Shown here piece after piece: positions 1 to 12,217 of a stretch of DNA of 64,000 nt. The stretch's first letter is position 1. The number at the start of each line of letters is the position of its first letter. Position numbers and translations under genes: made by a program. The stretch spans positions 20,161,869-20,225,868 of the forward strand of contig OZ316892.1 of the NCBI GenBank assembly GCA_973895155.1, in the 5' to 3' direction. This DNA is from Marsupella aquatica (Eukaryota; Plantae; Marchantiophyta). The notes below the pieces were generated by a model. The model ran no database searches. It was not told where the DNA came from and saw only the letters and a list, made by a program, of their open reading frames with translations.

Positions 1-225
1 AGGTTCAGTTGATGCGACCAGTCGCGTCTAAGGTAGCTCTCTCATTGACTGGTTTTGTTAGAGGAGGTAAGGTTCCTTTTAGGACCAGTTGACGTGACTA
101 GTCGCGTCTGAGGTAGATCTCTCATTGACTGGTTCTGTTAGAGGAGGTAAGGTTTCATTTAGGATCAGTTGACGTGACCAGTCGCATCTGAGGTAGATCT
201 CTCATTGACTGGTTCTATTAGAGGA
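1..225. repeat. 80-bp tandem repeat, ~2.8 copies (truncated by window start); each unit carries the palindromic motif
   Basis: Units start at 1, 81 and 161 (aggwycagttga...); each contains tgaygygacyagtcgcrtct. Confidence 0.95.
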
Positions 226-364
226 CAAAGCAACATTTATGATTTGTCACGTTGTGACCCAAAAAAATCACAGTCTCAAAGAATTGTTTATACATTCTGA
301 TTAGTAGGCGCGACCAATCGCATAAAAATAATCTTTGGGATATATCATTTGGCTTAAAAGAGTC

Positions 365-916
365 ATGAGCAAACCTGGTCTAGAGAGCTTCAGATATCTA
401 TGCCTAATATTTGACGTTTTGGACAGAAGCCAAGATGGTCTACTGGCGGGATATTTTGTATTTGTTGAAATACTACTACCTGGACTTCCAAATTTCATTG
501 TCGCGGAATTGATATGGCCTCGGATCAAGGAGTCTTTTAATTCCTCGACTAATACAGGAAATTTCTCAATAAAGGAATTGGATGAGTTTGTAGGACTATC
601 TTCGGTGTGTCGCAGATGGCGCCACCTTGTTGGGAATACCTATGTTCTGGGTGTAATCAAGTTGAGTTTATTAGATTTGGCTTTCCCAGGAAATCCTACT
701 AAACCGATCGGAAATGAGTCTCTCTCATCGATAGTTCAAAGTTTCTTCCAGAAATACCCAAGAATTAAATTCATGGGGTCAATGTCCAGAGATCTTAGGG
801 AACTCTTCACGAAGACTTATGATGCTCTTCACCCTCTTGAAAAATGGAAATTTACAGTCAGATGCCACGAAGTTGGATACCTTGAGGGTGACATCTACAC
901 TTTTAAGGAATTCTAG
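365..916 (+). CDS. F-box-like protein 1
   Basis: LLPGLPNFIVAELIWP...LSSVCRRWRHLV matches the F-box start (LP) and end (VCrrW), with a longer spacer than usual. Confidence 0.6.
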   Translation: MSKPGLESFRYLCLIFDVLDRSQDGLLAGYFVFVEILLPGLPNFIVAELIWPRIKESFNSSTNTGNFSIKELDEFVGLSSVCRRWRHLVGNTYVLGVIKLSLLDLAFPGNPTKPIGNESLSSIVQSFFQKYPRIKFMGSMSRDLRELFTKTYDALHPLEKWKFTVRCHEVGYLEGDIYTFKEF

Positions 917-981
917 TTAACCTACGTGACCAAGCGCGTCGTATGTCTTCTAACAATGTTTTGTGATATGATAAAAGCAGG

Positions 982-1548
982 ATGAGCCAACTTTTGAATG
1001 AGGCTCGAGATTTCCTTTCATCTCATGAAAGGAAATAGAAAACAATATGGGATACGCTGGATGAAACCTCCTCTAGTCTCATTGGAGGAATACCAGATGT
1101 TTTGGTCATTTCAAACATTTGGCCAATACTCTACAAACACTTTATTTCAATTGAAGGATTGCGTAGATATTGACACCCCGATAACGATTTGGTTATCGAT
1201 AGGGTCTGAGACCTTATTCGGCTTGGAGCTTGTAGCAAGAAGTGGAACTTTTTAGTTACAAATACAAGGTTATGGGCTATCCTCAAACAAGCAAACCGGA
1301 TTGTCGATGACGCAAATGAAGCACTTTACTACATACCCAAAATTGACGAGTTGGAGTTTGACTCAGTCTGTCGAGTTATTCGATAGGGTATTTCTATGCT
1401 TCCAGAAATATATGTTCTTGGGACTACTACTTCTGACAAAATCGTATTATTTACGAACAAATATAACTATTTAGATGAGGAAGAACGAGATGTTCTACTC
1501 GAAAGGTTTGGTAGATTTTCTCAGAATCTAGGTGGTCCTAGTTCTTAA
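982..1548 (+). pseudogene. F-box-like protein 2 with in-frame stops
   Basis: Manual translation gives LIGGIPDVLVISNIWP...LGACSKKWNFLVTNTRLWA, paralogous to the 1583 ORF; three in-frame stops in the 5' part. Confidence 0.6.
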
Positions 1549-1582
1549 TGGATAGGTTCTTGTTCTTAATCTTTTCCATATT

Positions 1583-2113
1583 ATGTTGCAGTCCTTTGAT
1601 ATGAATCAAAAATCTCATCGTCAAATGATGATGGAGCGCATTGCACGTGCAAAGGTTATGAACCGAAACATGATATGGAGTCAAGCTAAAGACCTGATAC
1701 CCGGTCTTCCGGATGATATTGTCGAGAAATATATTTGGTCATTAGTCAAAGAGTTTTTCCACTGTCTTGGGAATTTGTCGGATAATGCGATTAAAAATCG
1801 GGTCATGGACTTGATCGCCATTCGAACAGTCAGTAAGAAGTGGTGCCACATAGTTACTTATAGTAGTACTTGGGCGAAGATCACCTTGGTAGCTTACGAC
1901 TTCACTGATAGACCAGGATATGAATCGCTTCGAAGGCATTTGACTTCACGGAGTGTAGCATTCAGATTTACAGAATCCATCAGAATTCTCCCGCCGTTGG
2001 ACATTATGGGTGGATTTGAAGGATCTAAACTTGACACGTTTAGGAACCTTTGGTTTTGGTTAGATGAAGATGAGCAAGAAGTTTGGGTCAGGATAAACGT
2101 TCCTAAAATGTAA
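1583..2113 (+). CDS. F-box-like protein 3
   Basis: LIPGLPDDIVEKYIW...IRTVSKKWCHIVTYSSTWA. Confidence 0.65.
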   Translation: MLQSFDMNQKSHRQMMMERIARAKVMNRNMIWSQAKDLIPGLPDDIVEKYIWSLVKEFFHCLGNLSDNAIKNRVMDLIAIRTVSKKWCHIVTYSSTWAKITLVAYDFTDRPGYESLRRHLTSRSVAFRFTESIRILPPLDIMGGFEGSKLDTFRNLWFWLDEDEQEVWVRINVPKM

Positions 2114-2188
2114 TTCGGCATGACGCGACCATGCGCGTGTTAGTATTTTATAATAAACGTTTAACTTTCAATATTTGTCTATTTCAGA

Positions 2189-4915
2189 ATGGATCCTACC
2201 GGAACTTCAAAGCGGAAAAGAGACTCATCTAAAGCTGCTTCTCGTAAGAAAGCCAAGACAAAAATGACTCCCGCGGAGACATCCATACTTGCATATCAAG
2301 GAAAGTCAATTAGAGAGAGAACAACGAAGACAAAGAGTATCCATCTCTTTGAATCGACTGAGATATCCGATTTTGGAATAGTCGTTCGCAATGGGGCTGT
2401 CCGTCTTGTGGTGGCAAAAAATGATAAAGCTACAATTTTGGAGAGATCACAAATTCTTGGGTGTTTCTTTGAGAAGAACATGAAAGTTAAAGAGTGTACA
2501 AAGGGATTGGTTCTGCTAGTCAGCGACGACCAGCAGGAGGACAAAACAAGCATTTGTTTGGATCGAACGCAATATGTAACCTTCAATCAGCCCAAAATCG
2601 ATGATCTTCTAGGTGCAAGGCATGCCTTGGAAAAGGTTACTAGTTTGAGAAGTGATGCTGCTTTTTAGTCCCTGTGAAGTGGGTTCAGTCGGAGGCCGAT
2701 AGAGATCCCGACTACAATGGGGTGCCCTACGATTCGGCGTCAAAGGAGGAGGACATTATGACCAGTCATTTTTGGATAGTCGAAGGCCAGCACACAATAA
2801 TGGCGTACAAATTGCTGAAAGAGGATGACAAAGTCAGCCAAGTTGTATGAGATGCTTGCGGTACTATAGAAGCTGTAATGTTTTGGGCAACGCTCAACAA
2901 CGACAATAATGTTCATTTGATGGGATTATCGAAAGCTCTGAACCACTGTCATCAAACATCAATGGAAGAAGGATAGTTTCTCACCATTGTACGATAGTGT
3001 CGTAATATCTGGAACTCATTTGGGTGGTCTGGATCACATTATCGTCATCCAAATTGGAAGGTATATAAATAACCCTCTTCGATCACATTATCGTTTAAAA
3101 TTTTGTCACGCGAACGGTCGCGTCAAGCTTAGAATTTTTCTCACGCGAACGGTCGCGTCAATCTTAGAATTGTCATGTTTCCATTGTTTTTCAGGTATTT
3201 ATGAGAGCTACGAGTTTTGTTTGCCCATGGGCTCAAATGGGGAAGAACGAAATGATGAAATTTGGAGAATTGGCTTCGTTTCTCTTTACGAAACATTCAA
3301 GAAGTGGATGGAGGTCTACAAACTATCAAGGACAGGAGAGCTTGTAATTTACAATGGAATTTTACACAGGGACGCCATCAAAATTGCGGATAATCCATCA
3401 TGTGCTTATCATCTTTTGAAGAAGACGTTCCGTTCTTGTCAAGGGTGCTCAAACTCGGTTCTTCGAAAGGTAGCGGAATATATTTTGAGCGGAAGACTGT
3501 CTATACTCAAAAACCGAAGCATCAAAGTGAAATCTGGGAAGGCAAGGAAGTCCTCTGAGGCTCCAGTGTTGTCAACGACCAGCATGAGTTTGGAGCAATT
3601 CTGTATAAAGAAGAAGACGAAAGTTGAGTTTGAGATTTTATTATTGAGTAAACTCAACGGGGATACATCCACCCGAACGGAGCTGAAAAGTCTGACAGAT
3701 TCAGCGCAGAAATTGCGGGTCAAAGAAATGATTGATCACTTTAAGCTCGACAAGATGGTGCTGAAGCAGTTGAGAGATGCGTTGAGTGGTTATCTGAAGA
3801 AGTGCTTAAATGTAAATATTAGTAATGATAATTTGTTGAAAGAGATCAACCTGATATTCTACAGGTTGGTGGAAGGAATACAGAAATCAGTTGATAGTCA
3901 AGGAAACCAACTAGTGCGGCCGGTCGGTGAGAGGCTGAAATTGCGATCCCTACAGGATATACAAAATGCTGGGTTTGCAGACTGTATCATACGTGAAGAC
4001 AAGAACCTTGCGAGCTTGATTTATTTTGATCCCTCATCAATGGGAGATTTACGTCCGCCAAATTGCTCATTCTATGAGGGGTTATTTTGTGCTACTAGCG
4101 AGATAGGGGCAAAACCACACCATGTGGTTATTATTGTAGCCTCTCCCGTTGAGTCTTACTTAATCAAATGGGAATTAGGGAAGTACACACACTATGTTGC
4201 TGTCGATAGCCATTATATTCAGAAGCGGCCAAAGGAGAAGAAGCTTATTGTAACCTATGCTTTTCACAGCTTGACCTTCAGCACAATGGGCGATCCACAA
4301 GCCCTCGAGTTCCAATTGGTCTCCAAATATCGGATTGAGAAGATAGCCAATTTTGAAGAGAGCGGCGAGTTCACGACACCTTCCCCATAAAAGATACTTC
4401 CATTCTTTTGAAAGTATTGTTAGTCAATTCGTCCAATGTGGGGAATGGGCTATATGCTTCGGTGAGGGAACGAACTTGATCCAGTGCTTAATGGTAAGTT
4501 TTAAGATTTATATTTTGGGGTTTTGATTTTAAGATTATTTAGATTATTATATTCTCAATTAATATTGTGAACTAATTTTGGCTTTTTTTACAGGATGCTG
4601 GATCCAATGTAAAATATTACTGCCCTGTGGCAACGCATAGGGAGTTGTCTTGTTTCTTGCAATACACCACGGCAACAATTGATACAACGTTGTCATTGAT
4701 TGACCCAGTACGGGCTAGTATAGAAAAATGTATAGATAAATTAATGAAGTACCGTCCATCCGTAATTGCTCTTAGGGCTGATATTTTGGATGTCCTCCAC
4801 AAACAACATATCCCTGATAATATTTGTAATCAATTATTGCAAGAGTATGCACTCTCTGAAGATTCCGATCGATTGTACATTCGACCAACGGAGTACCCTA
4901 GTGGGCCAATCCAAG
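2189..4915 (+). pseudogene. 5' part of a giant multi-exon gene: ParB/Srx-like region followed by a degenerate beta-class amino-methyltransferase-like region
   Basis: Predicted exons 2189-3060, 3195-4493 and 4594-4915 with GT-AG introns. Motifs: HFWIVEGQHT (~2766-2795), LIYFDPS (~4016-4036) and FVQCGEWAICFGEGT (~4428-4472). Contains frameshifts and stops. Confidence 0.45.
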
Positions 4916-5043
4916 GTAGGTTACTTTTGAAACCTCTTACTTTTTATTGCGTCACGCAAACATGCGCGTGGACATTCTTAACATTTCTTTTCACGCGAAT
5001 ATGCGCGTGAGTCATTCTTATCAAATGATCTGATTTTATTCAG

Positions 5044-6806
5044 ATCAAGTCGACTGCGGCTTCAATGTTGAGGATGCAGGGAGCAATGGTGATGCGGATG
5101 GTGAAGGTGAAGGTGACACGGAAGGTGACGCGGATGGGGATGTCAATGACCAAGATCCAGAGTGGATGACCGATACGCAGAACAACGTCGGAGATTCCGA
5201 CAATAGAGGAGATGAAGAGAGTGACGGAGAGGAGATGAAGGACGCTGAGGACACTGATGAAGAGGACGAGGAGATGGAGGGTTCTGAGGACATTGAGGAC
5301 TCTGATGAAGAGGCCACAAAGGAGCCTCGATATGAGGTGGACCGAGAGGAGGCGGCCCGGTAGGAGGAGGCTAGAGCGGAGGCGGCCCGGCAGGAGGAAG
5401 CCCGGCTGGAGGAGGCCCGGCAGGAGGCGGCCCGGTAAGAGGAGTTTCAAAAGAAGGAGGCGGCCCGGCAGGAGGAGGCCAGAGAGGAGGCGGTCTAGCA
5501 GGAGGAGGCCCGGCAGGAGGCGGCCCGGCAAGAGGAGCTTCAAAAGAAGAAGGCGTCCCGACAAGAGGCATCCCGACAAGAGGCATCCCAACAAGAGGCG
5601 GCCCGGCAAGAGGAGCTTCAAAAGAAGGAGACTAAGAAGAAAAAGGTGGTAGCTAGAAAAGCAACTACCGCGGAGAAGAAGGAGAAAGCCGAGGCTGAGA
5701 AAGCAGAGGCTGAGAAAGCTGAGGCTGAGAAAGCCGAGGCTGAGAAAGCCGAGGCTGAGAAAGCGGAGGCCGAGAAAGCGGAGGCTGAGAAAGCCCAGGC
5801 TGAGAAAGCGAAGGCAGAGGAAGCGGAGGCCGAGAAAGGGGAGGCCAAGAAAGTAGAGGCGGAGAAAATGGAGGCTGAGAAAGCAGAGGCGGAGAAAGCC
5901 CAGGCTGAGAAAGCCCAGGCTGAGAAAGAGGAGGCTGCGAGAGTCCTTTTAGTGACAGAGGCAAATCGGGCCAAGGCGGAGAGTGTGGCGGCTGAGAGGC
6001 TGCTGGCCGAGAGGATGGCGGACGAGACCGCAAGACCAGAGAGGGTGGAGGCGGAGAAGTTGGAGGCAAAAAAGGTCAATTCCGCAAGACTGGAGAGAGA
6101 AGAAGCCGCAAGACTGGAGGCAGCAAGGAAGGAGGCCAAGAGGGCCAAGGATCTTTCGCTTATTCCTGAGGCACAACGTCTACCAAAAATAAAGTTGAAT
6201 TTGAAGAAGCCTTCTTCACCCTCAGTTGCAGTTAAGAAGAAAATATTAGACTATTTTCTTCGCCCGGAGTTTGAATTTAACGATCCACCCTTAAGTACGG
6301 TCTTGTTGGATGATTGGAATAAATATTCACCGGAGCAGCTCTGAGTCCAAGCAGTCCTTGCTTTGCAATATTGGAAGGGTCTTTTGATTACCGAGGAGAA
6401 GACTGCCACTGCATCCAGAATGGAGACAATCATCAATAATGTTCGCTTTTCCGAGAATCGAGTGCAAGACCTGGGAACGTCTTTGGCACCAGACTCGGCT
6501 CAAGTCGTTAAGAAACTAACAGCTGACTTGATGCGACCGGGTTCGTGGTCTCAACCCCAAAATATTGCAGAGGTCACTCGCGCAGAAATTGTGGCACCGG
6601 ATATTTTGGAATCGGATTCCCAGATTGTGGAATATTTGAATCAAATGCCACAACCATTTGAAGGTCTTCCCGCCTCATCGCTCCAACCTTCGCAAATTGG
6701 TCTGGTGGAGCGATCACTGCGGTCTCGAGGAGGGCTGAAGGATGTTGTTGCGAAGGAGGCACCCAAGAGATCAGCTGTGAAAAGACCGGATCCACCCAAT
6801 CCAAAG
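5044..6806 (+). pseudogene. Acidic region plus coiled-coil repeat exon of the same gene (QEEAR and EAEKA pentapeptide repeats)
   Basis: ORFs 5166, 5646 and 6363 share one frame, broken by single stops. The splice acceptor at 5043 and donor at 6807 keep the phase. Confidence 0.6.
5345..5930 (+). repeat. Coding 15-bp minisatellites (gaggcggcccggcag-type, then gaggctgagaaagcn-type)
   Basis: Directly visible 15-bp periodicity. Confidence 0.9.
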
Positions 6807-6960
6807 GTCATTCGCAAGCTATAAGCTTAAAGTTTCTATTATAATAGATGTCATTATTTTATTATTGATTTGTTATTGTTTCTGTTTTCTGAGGTAGAAC
6901 CCTTAGGCTACAACCTCAGTACGTTATTTGAAGGCGTACTGAAATCTCTGTTTTTTGCAG

Positions 6961-7749
6961 TTTTTTGAAAATTTGGCTAGTCGAATAGATCAATGCCTTG
7001 ATCCTTCTAAGGATATGGAAGAGCTATTGACCAAGTTCTTACAACACTCGATCAAGAGGAAACATATGATGTGTCTGAGACCGCGCGAGTTGCTCACCGA
7101 TGATATAATTAACGCTTATTTGAGTTTTCTTGAACTAATTCTCGATAGAGTTGGAAAGTCAGACCTTGTCAAATTCTTCCAAACACACCATTTTGAGCTT
7201 CTCTCCATGGATCCTACCATTTTTGATGAGGAGAGAGCAGCTTGGACAAAGGAGTTTCCGCTAAAAATTAGTGAATACGACAAACTGGTCTTTCTAATAC
7301 ACAATGCTGTGAAAGAACATTGGTCATTGGTAGTTGTGTATCCGAAGGAGAAACGGCTTGAGTACCTAGATTCTCTAGTTCATAATCGACAAAATCCTGG
7401 GGTGCTAGATATTGTTGGGAAGTACTACGCCGACGAAATTGGCTGGAGAACTGGTGTCAACTTGGATCGCTCAGGTTGGGAACAGATATATTGGAATGAT
7501 ATTCCTCACCAGAGTGACGGCCACAATTATGGTGTGTTTATCTTGAGATACGCCAAGTGCTTGTGTCAAGGAAATGAAATTAATTTTTCCGCGGATCAAA
7601 TTGAGAAATTCCGTAGGGAGATAGTCTTGTCGTTATTTGACATGGACTTCCGCAAGCCGACGTCCGCAAGTAACCTAGTTATCGGGATCCGTGTTGCTAT
7701 GATTGACATTTCCGATGGAATTCCAGCACTGAACGACCGTCTTGTACAG
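6961..7749 (+). pseudogene. Ulp1/C48 SUMO-protease domain exon with the catalytic Cys replaced by Tyr
   Basis: LTDDIINAYL, HWSLVVV, YLDSL and IPHQSDGHNYGVF (canonical QxxxxDCG). Confidence 0.85.
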
Positions 7750-7833
7750 GTAATACACTTCATTTCAGTCTCTCTTTGTAGTCACGCGATCGTTCGCGTT
7801 ATAAACTTATTTTCAATTCTTAATGTTTTATAG

Positions 7834-8559
7834 AAGCCTATCCAGAAACCCCCTGATCGAGTATCGAAGGCACCAGTCCAGAAGTCTGGTGATCATCCGG
7901 AGGCGAGAAACAAACCGTTCTAGTACGTTCTCCAAACCCTGCGGCACAAAAATCACAGGTACAGACGGCGCCTAATCCATCGGCAAAGAAGTCACCGGTT
8001 TAGAAGAGACTTGTAATTTTCGATCTGAATCGGGTACTTATCTGGTCAGAGAAGATCAGCCCTGGGATGCCCATTCGGTCAAGGGGTGTGAGACATATGC
8101 ACAAGGTTATCTATCCAAGGCCTGATTTAATGGAATTTCTTGAGAAGGTGGCAGATCTATACGACATTGCGATCTGGTCGTGCATGTTCAAACGGAATAT
8201 TCTATCTTGTGTAAGGCTGATACTTCGACCCAAAGTTTTGAAACGTATTAAATTTATATGAGGACAAGAATCAACTCGACTTATTAGGAAGAATAATAAT
8301 GACATCCCCTTATTTGTCAAGTGTCTCTCCGACATAACCGCCGATATTAAAGATTACAACATCGAGAATGTCATTCTTATCGATGATGCTGCATATAAGA
8401 CGAGCCTTAATGACTTCTATTCATCGCTGTATCCCGATGCATATTTTGGGCTCGATGATGACCTATTTTTTAGAAAGAAACTATATCCATATCTATGCGA
8501 CATGTCAATTGACAAGTTGACAGTCCGTGAGCTCCTTAGTGGATATGGGATTCTAACGT
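7834..8559 (+). pseudogene. FCP1/NIF-like HAD phosphatase domain 1, interrupted by the Gypsy element and completed at 17364-17519
   Basis: KRLVIFDLNRVL, RPDLMEFL, IAIWS and NVILIDD. Removing the Gypsy plus one 4-bp TSD restores the frame (LT[F/V]SQENLEKDY). Confidence 0.75.
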
Positions 8560-9989
8560 TGTCGTGGGGATTCCTTTTAGAAGGCTAGAATCTATATTGT
8601 GTTATTTGAGTTTATGTGAAGAGGGTTTTACTTAAAAGCTTCATAGTAGTACTATTAGAGCATATATGTTACATTCTATATGTAGTGTGTACATTCTACA
8701 ATGGTACACAGTAGTTCCACCAATTACGCATAGTAGTTTCACCAACTACGCATAGTAGTTGCACCAATTACGTATAGTAGTTTCACCAACTACGCATAGT
8801 AGTTGCACCAATTACGCATAGTAGTTTCACCAACTACGCATAGTAGTTTCATCAATTACGCGTAATAATTCCACCAACTACGCACAGTAGTTCCACCAAC
8901 TATGAATAGTACTAGCACACTTATAGGTGCTTGATGCTTGCCACTTGGCTTCCATCCAAGGGTCAAGGCATCGATCCATGCCCTTTTGGAAAACACAAAG
9001 GGGCACTATAAATAAAGTGAAGAGGAGGACACTCTCCTCATTTGCATTGTTTGATCTATCGTGTTGGACTCGCAACACTATAAGGAACTCTTCCCCTCTT
9101 GTGCACATGTCTTATTTATTATTTACCTCCATGTTTGGGTACTAACTTGATTGTTAGTCTTAGAACTATTTTATGTTTTATGTTTATTAGTCTTGAGATC
9201 AATTTAGTGTGCTTGTAATGAATAATATGATAAATGGAGTACCTAGAGTTTATCCCCCACCTGCTGTGCCATTTGTCAATCCTTTCTTAATTAGAATTCA
9301 TTGTCTTAGCAAGCATACCATGAGAATGCATCTTCTTTATCATTTTGAGTTTGAGTTAATGGAAACAGTTATGAATAGCGATGCACCATTTGTATACCCG
9401 ATTGTTGTTTATGGAAATGAATGGAATGTAACTATTTTTATTTTATATTAGATGGATTTTAATAGACAATCCGTAAATGTACCGGAGTTAGATTTGAATA
9501 GGCTTCCTAATAATGTGTCTGATTTTCCTTCATCTATTGACATTAGAGTGGTATGCCCTAAGAAGTTTGATTGTAGAGATGTTTTAGTTAGAAAGTATGG
9601 AGATGAAAGATACAATGTTATGTTTAGGATGCCAGAACCTGTGATTATATCATCTATGGTAAATCTTAAGATCATAGTCTTTATTTTCTATAATTGACTT
9701 ATCTAATTGTAGGATTCGTTGAAAATTGCAATCTATGACTTGACTTGGGAAGTAAGTTATGTGGAAAGAGGATAGGCCGATTCGAGGCTTAGTGTGAGGA
9801 AGCCGCTCATCGTAGAGTGGGACAAAGGCTGTGAGAGATATTTTAGAGGATAACGGTGAGAGAAATTGATCGACAAAGGGGATTGCAAGGGTAATGTGAG
9901 GTGAGAAAAGGCGTATTTTGGAAAGGTTTCTTCCAAGATAGGAAAAACAAGAGCTCGGTGCTTCCCAAGAACTGAAGATTCCCCCAACA
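8560..9989 (+). repeat. Gypsy 5' LTR (1430 bp)
   Basis: tgtcgtgggga...cccccaaca; matches 15820-17359. Confidence 0.95.
8708..8900. repeat. 22-bp tandem array inside the 5' LTR
   Basis: Unit tagtagtttcaccaactacgca. Confidence 0.9.
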
Positions 9990-9993
9990 TAAG

Positions 9994-10011
9994 TGGCGAC
10001 CATACTGGGGA
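9994..10011 (+). other. Primer-binding site (probably tRNA-Arg type)
   Basis: TGGCGACCATACTGGGGA, 4 nt after the LTR end. Confidence 0.7.
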
Positions 10012-10156
10012 ACTCTTGGGGCCTATTTTTGGAAGAAAAAAGGAAGTATTGCATTACTAGAAGAGGCTAACTTGCTTTACTAGACAATTGGTCTAGGGAC
10101 ACCTAGGTGGTGGGCGCCTATTCATTGCGAGAGAGTAAACAAGTTGATATATAGCA

Positions 10157-12217
10157 ATGCCTAACAGTACTGACATAGGAGACTCAAGTATGTCCCCCAA
10201 CACTATGGACATGGATACCATGTCTAGAATGTTGTTAACTTTGATGCAGAGTATGAAACAAACCGATACAACAAAAAATCAAAAGAGAGAGCAAGCACAT
10301 TGTGCAACAAGATGCTTGAGGAAGGTTCTTGAGAAGAATGGGCAATTTGATGGTCGTAATGTAACTCGTTACATGAAGACCTATTGGCAAGAGGCTACTA
10401 TTGAGCAACTTTCAGAAGAGGTTGCAATTCGTCAATTTTCAACATTGGCGGAGCCAGAATTAAAAGGGATCGTTGATGCTATAGTTCTTGAGGCATCAAA
10501 AGACAAGACATGGAGGTGTTTTGAGAAATGCATGAAGGAGAAATTCCAATTGGAGGATGCTGATCGAATTACACAAGTGACATTTTGTGATTGGGTCCAT
10601 GAGAGGAACAAGAAATTGGGGCCACAAGAACTATTGCGAGAGTTCAACAAGAAGTTCAATCAACTTCTAGATTCAGAGGCACAAGTCATCCGGATGCAGA
10701 GGTGTATTCTATTTCTTAGAGCTGTAGATGAGAAGCTAAGGGATGAGTTGGAGAATGCTTTGGATCTAATTGATCCAGATCGTACTGACTCTTCTACAAA
10801 TTGGGAGAACATTGAGAAGGCAGTGATGAAGGTAAGTCATCGACATAGAAGAAGAGACTTGGATCAAGAAGCTATCAGTGGAGTTCCAAGTCAAACCAAG
10901 ACATCAATCACTACAAGGATGGGTAATACTACTAGTGGGGGTGAGAAGAAGGAGATCAAGTCCACAGCACAAGAAGGCAAAGGAGGAGCAGTTGAAGAGC
11001 TTACTAATTTGATGAGGAACTTGACCATTCTTACAACCCAAGTTCTAAACCAGACGCAAGCAACCAAGACTACAACAACAACAAATCGCACATGGAATTG
11101 CATGTGGTGTGACAGCAAGGAGCATAGAAGAAATGATTGCACTGAACTTTCTGCAGCACTTCAAAATCGACTTGTGAAGTTTGTTGGTGAGCAAGGACAA
11201 AAGAAGCTTGCATACTACAACACTGAGGAACTTATACCACTCAACAATAATCGTGGAGGAATGAGAGCCTTAGTGGAGAAAAAGTTGGCAACAGAAGGAG
11301 TAGACACAGCAACAACTGTAATCGAGCCTAACGTTTTTGCTGCAACAAGTTGTTTTTCAGAAAAGGTACTTGATGAGACAGGAAAGAAAAAGCTTGCTGA
11401 CTACATTCGTCAACAAACTAGATGGGATGCTCCTGTGTTAATAGCCCCAATTACTGCAGAAGTTGGAGCTACATGGGAAGCAAGAGTGGAGGACAAGCGC
11501 AAAACTCCTTCAAGTGATGAGCCAAGAGGAAAGATGCCAAGAAGAGAAACTTCAGATTCACCAATGGAGGAAGAGAAGAAGAATGAGAAGTCAACCAAAA
11601 AGGGACCTGGGTGGATACTAGGCCGTGATGTGGAACAAACAATTGAACCAGAGAGAATTGCTGATAAGTTTTGAAAGCAAGAAGCCCGTGGTTTTACAAA
11701 TGAGGAGTTATTTGGGAGTTTGAGGAAAGACATACAAGAAGCAATTCTTACAAGATCAAAGAAGAAACGTTTTTACAAAGAGGGTCCTCATGCTCTAGCT
11801 GGGGAGATGAAGGATTCAGATAATGAAGGAGAAACTAAGAGCGTGAGCATTTGTGCAGTACAAGTTGAAGACAACAAAGTTGAGGTAGATTCCTATCATG
11901 CTAAATCTATAAAAGAAATGGAGTCATATTGGGCAAGAGCTTGTGATGAAGTTGAGGTGGAGCTGATTGGAGTCAAAGGTCCTATCAAGGCACTTATTGA
12001 TTCAGGATCAGAGGTGAATCTAATGTCAAGGGAGCTCTACAACCAAGGAAGGTGGAAGGTGGATCGAGACATCCAATGGAAGGTGAAATCAGTGAATGCA
12101 AATCACAATTCTTTGTGGGGAGCTTGTCCTGATGTGAAGCTTAAGGTAGGAAATGTGCTTGAAGACATCAATGTCTTTGTTCATGATTCCTTACCTTATC
12201 CACTTCTTCTAGGATAA
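10157..12217 (+). pseudogene. gag: Gag with zinc knuckle, followed by aspartic protease
   Basis: CMWCDSKEHRRNDC (CX2CX4HX4C), premature TGA at 11672-11674, and ALIDSGSEVN protease motif. Confidence 0.9.

Noticed and set aside
5040-6148. Long Leu-, Arg-, Pro- and Ala/Ser-rich ORFs on alternative frames and strands
   Set aside because: These are shadows of the 15-bp coding repeats; only the E/K/A-rich + frame joins the neighbouring exons.
6529-6548. Degenerate match to the palindromic motif in coding sequence
   Set aside because: The right arm is poorly matched and could be chance, so it was not counted.
8708-8900. CRISPR-like look of the 22-bp array (also ~15968-16270) and of the 80-bp and 197-bp arrays
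   Set aside because: The units are contiguous with no unique spacers, there are no cas genes, and the context is eukaryotic TE sequence.
8878-10054. Small ORFs duplicated at 16248-17360
   Set aside because: They are repeated only because they lie in the two LTRs, and show no protein motifs.
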